DNA of 64,000 nucleotides from Tubiluchus corallicola (lineage: Eukaryota; Animalia; Priapulida), in contig JAQGDQ010002367.1 in NCBI GenBank assembly GCA_030141605.1, positions 372,001 to 436,000 on the forward strand, in the 5' to 3' direction. Every line of letters starts with the position of its first letter. Within the stretch, counting starts at the first letter, position 1. Shown here one piece after another: positions 39,976 through 53,000 of this stretch. Position numbers and translations under genes: made by a program. The notes under the pieces were generated by a model, which worked only from the letters and a program-made list of their open reading frames with translations, was not told the origin of the DNA and did no database searches.

Positions 39976-42900
39976 CATGACTTTTTCACTTTTCTTTCTT
40001 TTTGGTCAAATTTGGTTGCAAAATGTTATAATTGTAGGTTTATTACATCGTTAGTTGATTAATTTTGAAATGATCTGATGGGTTAGTCCTTATAGATTTG
40101 GCTATCGATCTTGGTGCATCATCACAATTGTCATCATTATTGTGCTATCAGCATCAAAACCATCATTTTGCCAGCATCATCAGAATTGTCATCTTTATCA
40201 GCATTATTACCACCATCATTAATTTGCTGTTCTTGCATTCTTTTCTTGTATACTTAAGGCCTTTATTAGCGACTGCCAGTTATAGTTTTTTTCGTAAACC
40301 TTACATACTCATAGGAATGCAGCATTTAAATATCAGAAACACTAGAGTCTTTTTTCACATGTAAAACAGTGGGTATAGTTGATGTGTAATGTAAAACAAT
40401 GTATGTGGGCACTATGCTATTTTGAGATGATGTGACGTTAAATAAAAAAATAATCAAAAAAGAGCTAAAAATAAATAAATAACGACACGTGTTGTCCTCT
40501 AAATGGTGTTAAGTCTATATGTAAAAACATTGAATCTAAATACAAATGGTGAGATAGTATATTTTATTGTAATACAGTAACATCGGTCATAATTATAGCA
40601 TTAAGGAGTAAAGAGCAAGAGTGAGCACACAATATTAGTACAAGTCAAAACTGTAATCCTAACTGTCTTTGCAGCTGCTGCTTATATATGCACCACTGAG
40701 CGTGCTATTTTTAGTTCATGGCATCAGTTCTATTTTTAGAACTGCCTTCTACTGACTTACTGGTCAATGATCAGTTTAACACTGATTGGTCAATGCAGCT
40801 GAATGCTGACTGGCAAAGTAGGCGGGACTATCAGCTGTATTTGTAACAAGGATACTGATTGGTAAATTTGGCACAGCTAGCTAGCTTTCAAACATCCGCA
40901 TGTGCAAATGCTGGTGAAAGATGCTGAACAAGTGGCAGGATGTTTGCAAAACATGATACTACATTCAACTGTTATGGAGACAAGTTGGAACTTGTCTTAA
41001 CAGTCATAACTGTAAAGTGTGAAATGGGCGCAGCTGGTCACTGCTGTTTCCAGGAAAACAGCACAGCGGGGGTCATTCCGCTGTTTACTGTTTCTAAGAA
41101 ATGGGTGCAGCTGATGTCACCTATCTCTAATACTAACTAGGTCTTACAAGTGCGCTTAATGTTAACACAAAGCACGGACTTCATATTACACAACTTTTAC
41201 CGTTCTTTTTATAATGGTAGTAAAGCACTACGGGAGCTTTGGCTTGGTCGGAATGGCTATGACGAATACCAGAGGTTACGTATATACGGTTTATTATTTA
41301 CACAGGTTTGAAAAAACTAATTTTTTTGACAATAACAATTCAAATAGATTCACAAAGTGAGATTATAATCAACCAACGGAATTTCGCAACTACAGTGCAT
41401 CAGTACAACTTCAGCAAGTTCAAAAATAGTTTAGTGACAACTGTTCCTTTAATAACAATGTACAGCTTTCAACAATTAAGTACAAGATTATTATAACCAT
41501 ACATGTAATATATAAAATCACTTAACTCTGGGACTGGCCAATTTACGAGTCCCTGTAATTGGTCCAGTCCTGTTCCTAATACAGTACGAGCTGTTCTGAG
41601 CTTCAGAGGTTGATCCAAGCCAACGACGCAGATGAAGTCTACGCTGAGACAGGACACGATAGCTCCTACCTTCAGAGTTCCTGGCTAAGAGTCCACACCG
41701 TGTCACGTTCCAGATACTGTTTCGTCCACAGATGTCAGAATTTACCTGTTGAACAACAGTCAGAATATGACCAAAATCCAATGTCGCAGGTGTCAGTATC
41801 TGAGTATTATACAAGATTTCTCAGAAGTCTGGATGACATGCAATATTGGTTGTAAAGAGCATTTGAGACAGTCAGGGATTAATGTGTGGATGATTAAGAG
41901 ATGATAGTGTGCAAACCCCGGTAGGTGAGAAGAGATCGTGTTGGAGTGACAGTTTGTAGCAATGAGGTGAATGCAAAAGTGGACCGAATCAATCTGCATA
42001 CGGACACTTAAAGGACCCATCTTGCCTAGGTTTGTTCGTTAATGTTGGAACGGATCCAGTCTTTAGAATTTTTTTGCACCGGACACTAATCCCATCGAAG
42101 CGGTTCATCTTGAAAATACGAGTTTTCAAAATGCGCTGAATAAATTACAGCATGAGGCGAAAGTCGAAATAATTTTTCACCCAATGATCCCTTCGGCAAT
42201 GCCTTACGAACGGAATCCATTTTTTCCCAATGAAGGTTCTTTTGGAAAAACGGTGTACACTAAATCGGTCAAGTGCTGAATTTGAGCAATATCCAGCCAC
42301 GCAGCGACTGACCATTATAAAAAAAAACTAGTAAAGATCACCAAAATTAAATGAAACTGAATGCAAATGCACAGTAACTATAAAAAAGAAACTTTAAAGC
42401 AAAAAAGAATCAAATATCGTATGCACATGTAAATAGAACTAAATACAGCAACAGTCGCATATGCCTTCAGTGTCGTTCTTAACAGGACGCCACTCTCGCT
42501 TTCTTCCCCGAGTTTTCATTTTCGCAAGATGTCTGTACGGCGCTAAATTTGAAGTGTTTCAATGCAAATTAGAGTAAAATGTTTATAATGAAGTGAAACC
42601 GTTTTTTTGAATCAGTAGTAAATTTTGACAGCACATATCTACTAGGGTGTCATAAGACCTTTAATATTTAATGTTATTACAAAAAGTTGATAAACAACAC
42701 AATTTATTTTACGTATGATTTTATCCTTCTGACCAAAATACAACGTCCGCAGACCTCGATCAGTATCTGGCCACTGTGCTTCTGCATATATTGTCGTTGG
42801 AGTTTGGTTGTTGATTAACCCAAAATGAACTGACTAAAACACAACTGTTTCAAACCCCTACGCAATCATCTGTGCTCATATTGTGCATTTTTTATTTTTT

Positions 42901-43947
42901 ATTAAATGCGACGTTTCGGCTACTCTAGTAAGTATCATAATGCAGGCAATGATGTCAACATCGCAACATACGTCGTAATAATTCAGAATTTCAACAACAG
43001 GGAACATCTCTTGTCATCTATGTATGTGGCGTGAAGGTCGACAGACTTAGCGGGTTCTGTCTTTATATTTGCGGCCTCTTGCATTAATTATGCAAATAAT
43101 TACCCACCTTATAGATAGTAATGCAGGCGTATAAAGCAAAGAAAATTAATACATAACAAATTCGATAAGTATGCACATGTATTATTGTAAATCTGTTTAG
43201 GAAATAGAGTCACTATACAATTTTAGTAGCTTTTCTTTATCCTTGAACTGTTCATCAGTAGCTTTAACAACCGGGAGTATGCAAGTTACACCTCTGTATT
43301 TTGACTTGTTTAAGCAAAGGAAAAACAAGTTCCACCTAGAAAATTTCCTTATAAAATTTTACGTATTCGCTCCAGGAGTCAACCTGCCTTTAGCTAAAGG
43401 CACTGAAAGACGACGAGTATCATAAATCAATTGCAGAAACCTGAAATTTTACGCATCATTATCACAAGTTTCCGTGAACTGTACTACAAAACAAAAAATT
43501 TAATTGTATTTATGTCTATGATCTGTCTAGTAGCCACACGTGTCTGAGTTTCAGAAATATTTTACGTGCTTTTTATGTAATCATATTTTGTCATTACGGG
43601 AGCTAGACGCTAGTAAACTATCTATAAGCCTTTTAAAAATAATTATTTCAATTATTCATTTGGGTGTGAAAAAGTATATGACTTTTCTCTGTTCTTTTGT
43701 TGTTTTTTGTTTTTCTGTAACTAAATACTTCAATGTAAGTACAATGAGTATGTACAAGTATGTATCTCTTGAACAGAAAATCTGTGAAAATTTATTATAA
43801 AATATAACTGAAACGGTATGCAGACGACTAAATTTATTATAGATATTTCCGAATTTTAACAGTAGTTTTTCAATTAGCTGACTTCACACGTTTTTATCAG
43901 TGTTATGATATATTGCTAATGTTGAGGTGTAATTCATATAGTTCACA

Positions 43948-46900
43948 ATGTTCACGAAAGTCGTTTTTGGTCTAATGGTGATCTATACCTTTTGCGAGGT
44001 GGCCCGAGGCGCTACGTTTTTTGACAATCGAGGTAAGTCACAATGCGCTGTTATATTTTAATTGTGGATTTGTTTTTTTGCATGCTGCATGATTTGAGCC
44101 TTGTAATGCCTGCCAGGTCCAGAGTAGTCGATACCCAGGAAACACATAAAAACTTTTAGATTATTATTACCGAAACGCTTGCCTTTAATAACTTTGCTCG
44201 AATCAACAAATTTCTTACTCGTGTTGCGTGTACGAGATGTCCTTTATTCCCCATTATGCGTCGAAGAAAAGGGGCAGTGATGATCAGGAAGGGACGATGA
44301 TGTTAGTGGCGATTTTCACAAGAGCTAGTAAAGCAATTGGCAACATACGGCCTCTATTTTCATTTTCTACTATAATGCCATAATGTATTGGAAAACAAGG
44401 TATGACCATCTGTAGAGGTTAAGCTCACGATCGCTGCTTACTAAAACATCTTTTCTACTTTCAAATTCACTGTACCTAAAGCAACAAACTTCAAACTGCC
44501 GGGCAGAACATTAAACAAACGTCTAAAATTATTTATTGCAAAAAATTTACGAAGGATGTTAATTTACAGGATGTTTTGACCGCAATAACAGGGAGTTGGA
44601 AGAGGGAGATGAATGGTACCCAGAGGGAGTCTGTCAACGTTGCGAGTGTAATACGTTTCCCACGCCTTCTGCTGGACAAATACAACTGCAGAAATATGCT
44701 TCTTGCTACAGGTGTTCTTACAATGAAGCTATTTTGATTAATGTGGATTCCATTCCCACTTGAAATTCTCTAATTAATAGGTTTTGGATTAAGTAGTTTC
44801 ATGCAAACTGCTGATGATCCTCTACACTCTCCAGACTCTAGTTGAGTTTAAAACAAAACCGTTGTTCTTTCGGATTGACACACTATTGCAAGCGTAACAC
44901 AATGATTTTCTTTCGTTTGGGAAATTATATTGGTTAGAAATCTTTAGAAAGTACAGCCGAATAACTTTTTTTACTTCAGCATCAACTCATACAAATGACA
45001 TAACAACAAAAGCTTACGCAAGTAATGTGAATATACAAAAAATACGTAGGCAAAAATTCAATCAGTTAGCGGCATTTAAATTGGTAATATTTGCAAATAA
45101 TGTTGCTATTCCGTTGCTTACAGATGTTAGAAATCAAATGTACAATCATGTATAGAATAGTCGTAGTGCCATTAACTCATAATACATTTCACTGTGTAAT
45201 AAGAATGTAAAATTACAATGCATAAAAAGCACACAAAAATGCAATTTAGCTTGGCACTGCAATACTAATTAGTTGTACATTAAACAAAAGATTCGAGGTT
45301 GAAATGTCTCCGTAGTTCTCGCATCAGTCAGTCATCTAAGCTTTAATCTACTATATTTATTTTTACCATAGCACACTTATATGTGATGATGTTCGTCCTT
45401 CGAATCGAAGATGACCATAGTGACAGGGATAAAGGGTCAGTTTGGGGGTTGTCATTCCTTTAATGAGCTCAAAGGTGACTGACTAGGCCAATTCTGGCCT
45501 TTAAACTTCTTTGGCATTTGGCACAGGTGAGGCTGGGTGTTTTGACCTGTTGTTGAGCAGTGTCACATGCCTTGCGTCTCCTGCGCTTCTCCTCTGCCTC
45601 CTCAATTATTTTTGCCTCTGCTGTCTTAGCCCCTCAGGTGATGGCACTCCGCCATGCTGAGCGATCTTGTGCAAGGGTTTCCATTGAGCGGATATCCATG
45701 CTGAACTCCTTGAGTGATGCCTTCAGGCTGTCTTTGAAGCGTTTCTTTGGTCGTCCAACCTTTCTAAATATATATATTTAAAAGCTTATCAACCAACACT
45801 TATATGTAACACATATCTAACACAAACATGTATTATAAACACATACTCAGAATCTAAGAAAAGTAAATTAAAAGTAACACACATACTTATGACTAATAGA
45901 GCAGTAAGTTGAGTAGTAAATGGTTGACAAGAGTGGACTTAAGTAATCGAGAAATAGATGCCCTTGTGATTATATTATGATTATATAGTTCCTGATTTTG
46001 GCACAAACCCGAGCAGCAAAAATTTTATTATTTTTTATTTTCAGTTACACTTACAATTCTCAAAATTTTTAACAAACTTACATATTGTTCTTTTATTAGA
46101 ATTTTTAATATACAAATGCCTAAATGTTATTTCATGGTTAAATGTTACATGCCTGCTTGGTCTTTTCACTGTTATACTTTATTTATGAATGTGCAGAAAT
46201 GTTAATTCATGTTGTTTTCTTTTATAGCTGCGGCAAAGTGGCGCCAATATGGCAGATCGGCTGTTACATGACAAGATTCAAAGAAAAAACTTACCCTGAG
46301 TGTTGTGACGTCATATTATGTGAAGGTGATGATGAGTGGAACGAGGATCATTATTTGAGGTTTAAATTGCATATTTTCACTAGTTACTTTGCATTAGCAG
46401 AATATGTTGTTGCTTCGTTTATTTGTTCATTGTACACTGACAGGTTGTTGGAATTGCCTTTTGCTGCTTTGTTGTCTGGTTGGTTGTCTAGCTGGCTGAA
46501 TGCTGGTAGGTTCTTGGTGGGTTGGTTTGTCTGTTTGCTGACTAGCTGTCTTTGGCTGGTTGATTGATGGATTGGTTAATTGGGTTGGTTGGTTGGTTAA
46601 CTGATTAGTAATTTGTTTAAATGCTTGGCTGACTTAATCGGTTATTATTTCACTGTCTAGCAGACTGATCAGTTTGTCTGCGTGCTCGCTGGTTGATAAT
46701 CATATGGCCAGTATGAATTGTTAATGAATGGTTGCTATACTGTATCTGCCAATTTAGTTGCTTGGTTTGCTAATGCGATGGAAACCAAGCAAGTTTCTAA
46801 GACGAAAATAAAATTTTTTTCGCAAACATAATACCATAGTAATCACAATAGATACTATAAGTATGAGTTGAAATTCAAACTTAATATTAATAACATTTTG

Positions 46901-47012
46901 TTTATTTTACAGATACCTTCAGTACAACATGTGGCGACACCTTGATGAACTCAGAAACAATGTTCCGAATTACAGGAATTACTTGGAAAATTTTTTATTT
47001 CCCGAACAATAA
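43948..47012 (+). CDS. Secreted single-domain von Willebrand factor type C (SVWC-like) protein, paralogue A, 4 exons, 152 aa
   Basis: Exons 43948-44032, 44570-44711, 46228-46359, 46913-47012 (GT-AG, phases 1,2,2; 459 nt). Protein MFTKVVFGLMVIYTFCEVARGATFFDNRGCFDRNNRELEEGDEWYPEGVCQRCECNTFPTPSAGQIQLQKYASCYSCGKVAPIWQIGCYMTRFKEKTYPECCDVILCEGDDEWNEDHYLRYLQYNMWRHLDELRNNVPNYRNYLENFLFPEQ: signal-peptide-like start, W..CxxCxC and YPxCC..C. Exon structure is mirrored by paralogue B. Confidence 0.88.
45385..45795 (-). mobile_element. RTE LINE 3'-end fragment in intron 2 of SVWC paralogue A
   Basis: Minus strand GRPKKRFKDSLKASLK..AQDRSAWRSAI*..CAKCQRSLKARIGLVSHL, short CAT tail; ACACTTATATGT repeated at 45373-45384 and 45796-45807. 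Confidence 0.88.
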
Positions 47013-47139
47013 GTTCAACTGAAAATGATTATGTAGAGCTTAATAACTCTTATGGTTACGTTTTGTAATGTTTGTGACTAAATGGTTCTGAAATGTAATT
47101 TTACTCTTAGCACTAATATACTTAACTACAGAAGTGTTC

Positions 47140-47145
47140 AATAAA
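47140..47145 (+). terminator. Probable polyadenylation signal of SVWC paralogue A
   Basis: AATAAA about 130 nt after the stop, in context GTGTTCAATAAA shared with paralogue B. Confidence 0.6.
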
Positions 47146-49089
47146 TAGCTCGTTTTCTAGCTTAATACGTTCTTCAGCACTTATAAACTAACTGTGCAAA
47201 TATTTGTGAAAGAGCAAATTCAAAATTTGTCCCAAAGGGTTCATATTACCCCGCTTCACCGTAATAATGATGTAAGGTCGAAAAAATGAAGTCAACTTTA
47301 AGTAATTTTCATTAAGACTGGGCAAATATTAGCACACATGTACGATAATTAAACAAAATTCTAAACATTCACTGGTTATGTAACGTTATTTGCTTCTGTA
47401 GTAACGGTTAGGAGGATATTCAAAATATTAGATATAGATTCAGGTATTTTTCTTTGAAAAAAACTTCGCATAATTTTTCCATTTCATAGATAGATAGATA
47501 TTTTATAACAATGTATGTACCGTTGATTTTTATGCAGTGTTTAAAAATCAGTTTTGTACGACGTCCAAACGATGGTCGAGATTGATTCGTCATCTCTAAT
47601 GTGAAAAGTTCAGGATTAAAAAGTCACACCTCAGGTCATCAATGTGACCTTCCGCCAATATCAATAACACGTGCACATTCCACGTAGTGTCTCACTAGCA
47701 CATTTGGTCTATGTAACCTTAAATAAATACAGTGCCAGACGTTAAGCTAAGCTGTAGTAAATTTATAGTTTTAATGTGTTACGCTAATATAATTATTGCT
47801 GATTCTGTAATCTCGTTCGCAGTCTCAGTATAACATCAATTTTTAAACTCTTGGTCAAAATTACCTGTAGCAGTTATTCAAAATTTTGTTCATTAACTTC
47901 ACTGAAAATAGTTTGAAATATTCATAGAAACAATAATTAGAATAAAAATTTGCAGGCTTTTTACAACTGCTGTCTAATGAGTTTACATCGGTGTTGATGA
48001 CTATATATTATTTAATCTTTTTGACTAAATTTTCTTCTGACACATATACGTGAATTTCATTTCTTGAATGATTTCTCACTGAAAATGTATTATGACTAAA
48101 TTTGATGAGAAAATTTAGTCACAAAAATCTGTAATTCATTTGATTTTGCAATAATCACGGCTTCAAATTAATGGCAATTTGTAGTACGCATCAATGACAA
48201 TATAACATACTTTGTCAAATAAAGTGGTAGGCCTAAACCAAACTTGAGAAATTTTCCTTGAATCTTTTAGAACCGATGCCTCTCCGGGAGACCTCCTTGT
48301 CAACCGCAACAGTAATAAAGATGACCAGAGTTGATAGTAGCCAGCACATCTAGCTTATATTAGTTTTTACGAAGTCTTTATTAACAGCAATAAAACATGA
48401 CAGTAATTATTAATCTTCTCTGTGAAGTCTTCGCAGCAGTTCATATAAAAAGCAAAACCTGGCTTCAGTTGACTTGAGTGGCTTCAGGATGGAACGGCTT
48501 TTGCAAATAATAATTTTAGTTTCTGGCAATATTTCGCATTATATTCCATGAAAATTATATACTATAATGGCGTGTATGCTTGTTTATTTAGTTTTCTTGA
48601 TATCATTGTTGCTATTAAACTGTTTAAGCTAGAGTATCTATATGACTATATTACATTCCATTATGTACGATATGCACTTTTATATTCTGAGAAAATTTTT
48701 ACCTCGCCCAAATGCAATATTTAATCAATGATCACTCAGCGCGTCTAAACATATTGTGTTTATGTCCTAACATATCAGCACCAAATAAAATGGAAGGTTT
48801 ATTTATTGAATTTATTGAAACTGCCGAATTTTTGTATGTGACAGGTTTCGAGTGACACATGTATGGCTACATTTTATGCGTTTATCTTTGGCCGAGATGC
48901 AGAAAAGTTTTATCAACTAAGTTCAATCTTACATAGAGACCTAGAGTTGAACTCGGTTGCGGTTCCTTCTCACACTCGATTTAAGACATTTAATTGATAG
49001 ATAGTGCTACTACTGATCAATGAAATACCTACTTTTTAACAGTGCATAAATACCTAAAAAGTTGTATTACTTCTTGGAAATAATAATTT

Positions 49090-49270
49090 CCATTTTCCAA
49101 CAGCCTTACGTGGAATTCCCATGTGAACCAAATCATTTCAAAAGCAATGCATCGCATTGGCATGAATAAGAGTTGTATTATATGGAGCAATGCAGCTGTA
49201 ATTATACTTCTTTATAAAGCTGTTGTTCTGTTGTTCGACTCATTTTGGAATACGCGTCGGTTGTATACTT
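49090..49270 (+). mobile_element. Small CR1/L2-like LINE relic
   Basis: LTWNSHVNQIISKAMHRIGM..LLYKAVV resembles the post-RT region and the relic at 61670-62560. Confidence 0.55.
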
Positions 49271-50022
49271 TGTTGGAATACTTTGTGAACTGCTTAAAAA
49301 TAATTAGTGGAAACTCTATTTTGATAAAGACAGACTTTTCATAGGCCTCACAGAATTCTTCGTTGTCATAAGTCTAAGTTATTTGTGTAACCAGCTAGAA
49401 CGAACATCAAATCTCACTTCTTTGGGCTTCGTATACATGTAGTTGATCCGTGGAATCGCCTTTCATCACCAACCGTCTTGATATTGATATTATATATATT
49501 ATATATTTGTATTGTTTATTTAGGCACAAAAGTACAATAATGAAAAAGTAAAAAAAGCATATAAAGAGCATGAACAATATTAAGCCATCACTAGCGTGTA
49601 GAGAACTGAGAGAGGATCTCTTACAGATAGTTACCATCTGGATGCTTAAATATATATATACATTTTTATTTATTTGGATAAGGTATTGAATAAGGTAGAA
49701 TTTGAACTCGTAGTAATCTGTCTTTCGTATTAAATGTACTACACTTTGTGCGTCAGATACAATGCATTCCAGTTTTTAGAGCAAAATTCTTTTTTGAATG
49801 AATTGTACAAAAGAACAAAACTAATCAGCGCATTGCAGTACTGAGTTGTTTTGAATTTATATCTTCTGATCACAATTTAGCCAAGTGTCTTCAACTATAA
49901 CAGTTCATTTATATGTGATTACATTTTTAATTACATTTTCATTTGTTTTACGATCGACTCATGATCATACGTCGATGTTGTGTAATAAAATTTTATATTT
50001 CAAGACGTAGAAGCAGTTCACA

Positions 50023-53000
50023 ATGATCGTGAAAATCATTTTTGGAGCGCTGATGAACTTTGCTTTTTGCGAAATTGTTTTAGGTGCTACGTACCTAAAA
50101 CAAGGTAAGTTAAAAATAAAGCGTATGCTGTAACACTGTAATCCAGCATTATCCTATTTGTACTGGCTTTAAGGATTTGCATCAAAAACGAGATTTATGT
50201 ATGGAAACGTCATGCAAATGAGGATTTGATTAATTAATACCTTTTTAGCTAATTTTTGGCACAGAATACACGTTGATGTTAAGACCGAACGTGAGAAACG
50301 TTTCGAGAAATCTAATGACTTAAAAACAACGCTAATTTATAGGGTGCTTTGACAGCAATAACAATGAGATGGAGGTTGAAGATAAATGGTTCCCCGAGGG
50401 AGTCTGTCAGCGTTGTCAGTGTCACTCATTTCCTAACAGAGACGAGCCATCAAAAATGCAGAAATATACATCATGCTACAGGTAATGCTACATGCTGTGG
50501 CATTGACGACGACAACTACAAAATATCAGTAACAGCAGCAGCAGCAGCAGCGGTATTTTACTATTACCACCAAAAGCACCTTGGCCTGTGCTGTCGTCTG
50601 CACGTACGAAACTTGATTCAGGGAAAATTTTAGCGACTGGAGACGTACATCCCATTTCATAAGAGTAATTGTAGTGAAAGACAGCACCAACTGATAGAGG
50701 TGCAAAACAATACTTATTTTAGTATTATTTAAACTCTTTCGGCAAGTGAGTCGAAGTGACGTCATCATCAAGACCCGATTTTATAAAATTTCGTAGAATC
50801 GTGAAATCATAAAATCGTATTATGAGAGCACTCTTAAAATCGGTAATATTGTAATACCACTTACTGATTGACATGATTAAATCATCATATCATATAATGG
50901 TAGACATGTAACCATGTACGTTCAAAATTAACCCCATGACCAATCTTAGCTGCATTACCGACAAAGTATACCTACCAGGCTTACCACAGCAAATACATTT
51001 TGATTCTGATTTATTTGCATTTTGCATTTTTATGCCCACTTAAGATTGTGCTTGTGCATACTTTTGAAAAACCACCATTGCAGCAAAAATAAAGACAACA
51101 GAAATTAACATAACATAAATAAAAATATCCTAGATTCCAGTCCTGGCACACTTTAACTAATGCCTTAATGCTTCATTAGATCATATTAGAGAAAATTAGT
51201 TTAGTTATGTTTTATATTTACACACTACGGCGTCCACTCAAATTGTAGATCTTTCAAGTTTGGTCTTACATGATTTTGAGTACTCGGTTACAAAATTTTA
51301 AGTTCGTTTTCAACACCACTGCAACTGCACTAGATAATTTGAAATTTAGTCACTGTCACATTAGAATTCATTCCATTTCTCACTGTAATCATTACATTTT
51401 TATTTTTTGTTTTCTTGAATTATAGTTTGCCGGTTCTGATCCCTGGTGATTCCGTTATTCGCTTGAAAGCGCTTGGATACTAATCAAATAATTATGGGTT
51501 CCACCTCTAACTGTTGGTGATGTCTTTTACTACTATTATGCCATTAAAAATTTGGCAACTTGAAAAGCAATTAGACCGCTCTATAATATGCCAGATTTTT
51601 TAGTAGTTTACAATATGGTGGGCCAATCAGAAAACAGAAAACTTTGCACTACTTTAACGGTTAGTATAAGATTATAGCACTAAGATGAAGGTTAATACTA
51701 ATCTTTATGCATGTTTATGGAAACCAACACTATTGTTTATTCTCTTTTCAACCCCCACCCCTATTTGATTAGCGTTTTGACCTTTAAAATTTTAACTCTG
51801 TTACTCAAATGTGCTCTGCTTAACAAATTAAAACACAGGTTTAAACAACTGAGGGAATTTTTCATTTTGACATAAGATATATGACGACACAAACGTACAA
51901 CAGTTTTTTAGGCTCAACAACGACTAATTGCTAAAAATAATTTGCTTTTTGTTATTCGTAATAAATTTTTACAGCTCATATAAATGCACGGCCGATCGGC
52001 ATAATTTCGTTTTGTGTGGCAACCGTTTTGAAAACGGGGGCCATTTTTAAAATGAAAGCAGCATGAATCATAAATGGATTGCTTAGGTCCAAGTACACTT
52101 GAAGAGATTTCATAAATGCTTTTTACTATTAATTTTCTGTGAATCATTTTAATTTACATAGTTTGTGCAAAAACTTAACAACCATTTAGTCTTTTGCGCT
52201 TTTGACTTTTTTCCGCAAACTTTTCAAAACGGCAACAGTTTTTTCGGATTTACCATAGTCAAACTGATAAGACTGGCCGAACTTTAAAAAATTCACTTAG
52301 AACTTTATAAAAGCAAGTTTTCAGAATTTTCTATTATAACGCCTAAACTCGCGTTTATGCGGCATCCGGATGCGGACGCGTATGCGCTTTCCACCTGCAG
52401 AACAGCCTGCCGATAAAAAATCAATAAGAATAGCCGCAGAAAAAGAATAAGAGTGTATTAAACCGATTTATCTATTCCGCACCCCCCCTTCCCCAAACGC
52501 ATTCGCATCGGGATGCTGCATAAATATCACTTAACACCTTTTACAACCATAACGCTTACTATTTACTATTTCTTTTTACTATTCTTAAGATTACTCATAG
52601 TTATTCATCTTCGAAATATTTTCAAAATTTGTGTATCGATGGCACAAGTTTTGCCAGTTTTCGGAATGAGCGCCATTGCAATTAGAGCACCAATACAATT
52701 ACAAAAGCAGCATTAGCAAATCTCCAGTAGTTATGAATATAACTTTGGATATAAATAGGCAATTCAATTGTAATTTTTAAACCATTGCAATAAAAAACAC
52801 CATTACATTAAAAAACAATCACATGATCGGATTTACTTAGTAACAGCAAATGCCATTACGATTCAATAAGTAACTGCAAGATTATTTGGTTTAAATAAAG
52901 TTACCTTACTAAAATAATTACAAAAACTAAATGAATAAGTTAAAATAATGTTGATGTGGATGCACTGTCTGTATGTACTACCTAAAGATATTCTGCATTG

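Noticed and set aside
41518-42020. GC-richer block with overlapping short ORFs
   Set aside because: No recognisable motif or convincing splice structure.
46142-46567. 141-aa membrane-protein-like ORF
   Set aside because: Only 46228-46359 is exon; the hydrophobic flanks are T-rich intron sequence.
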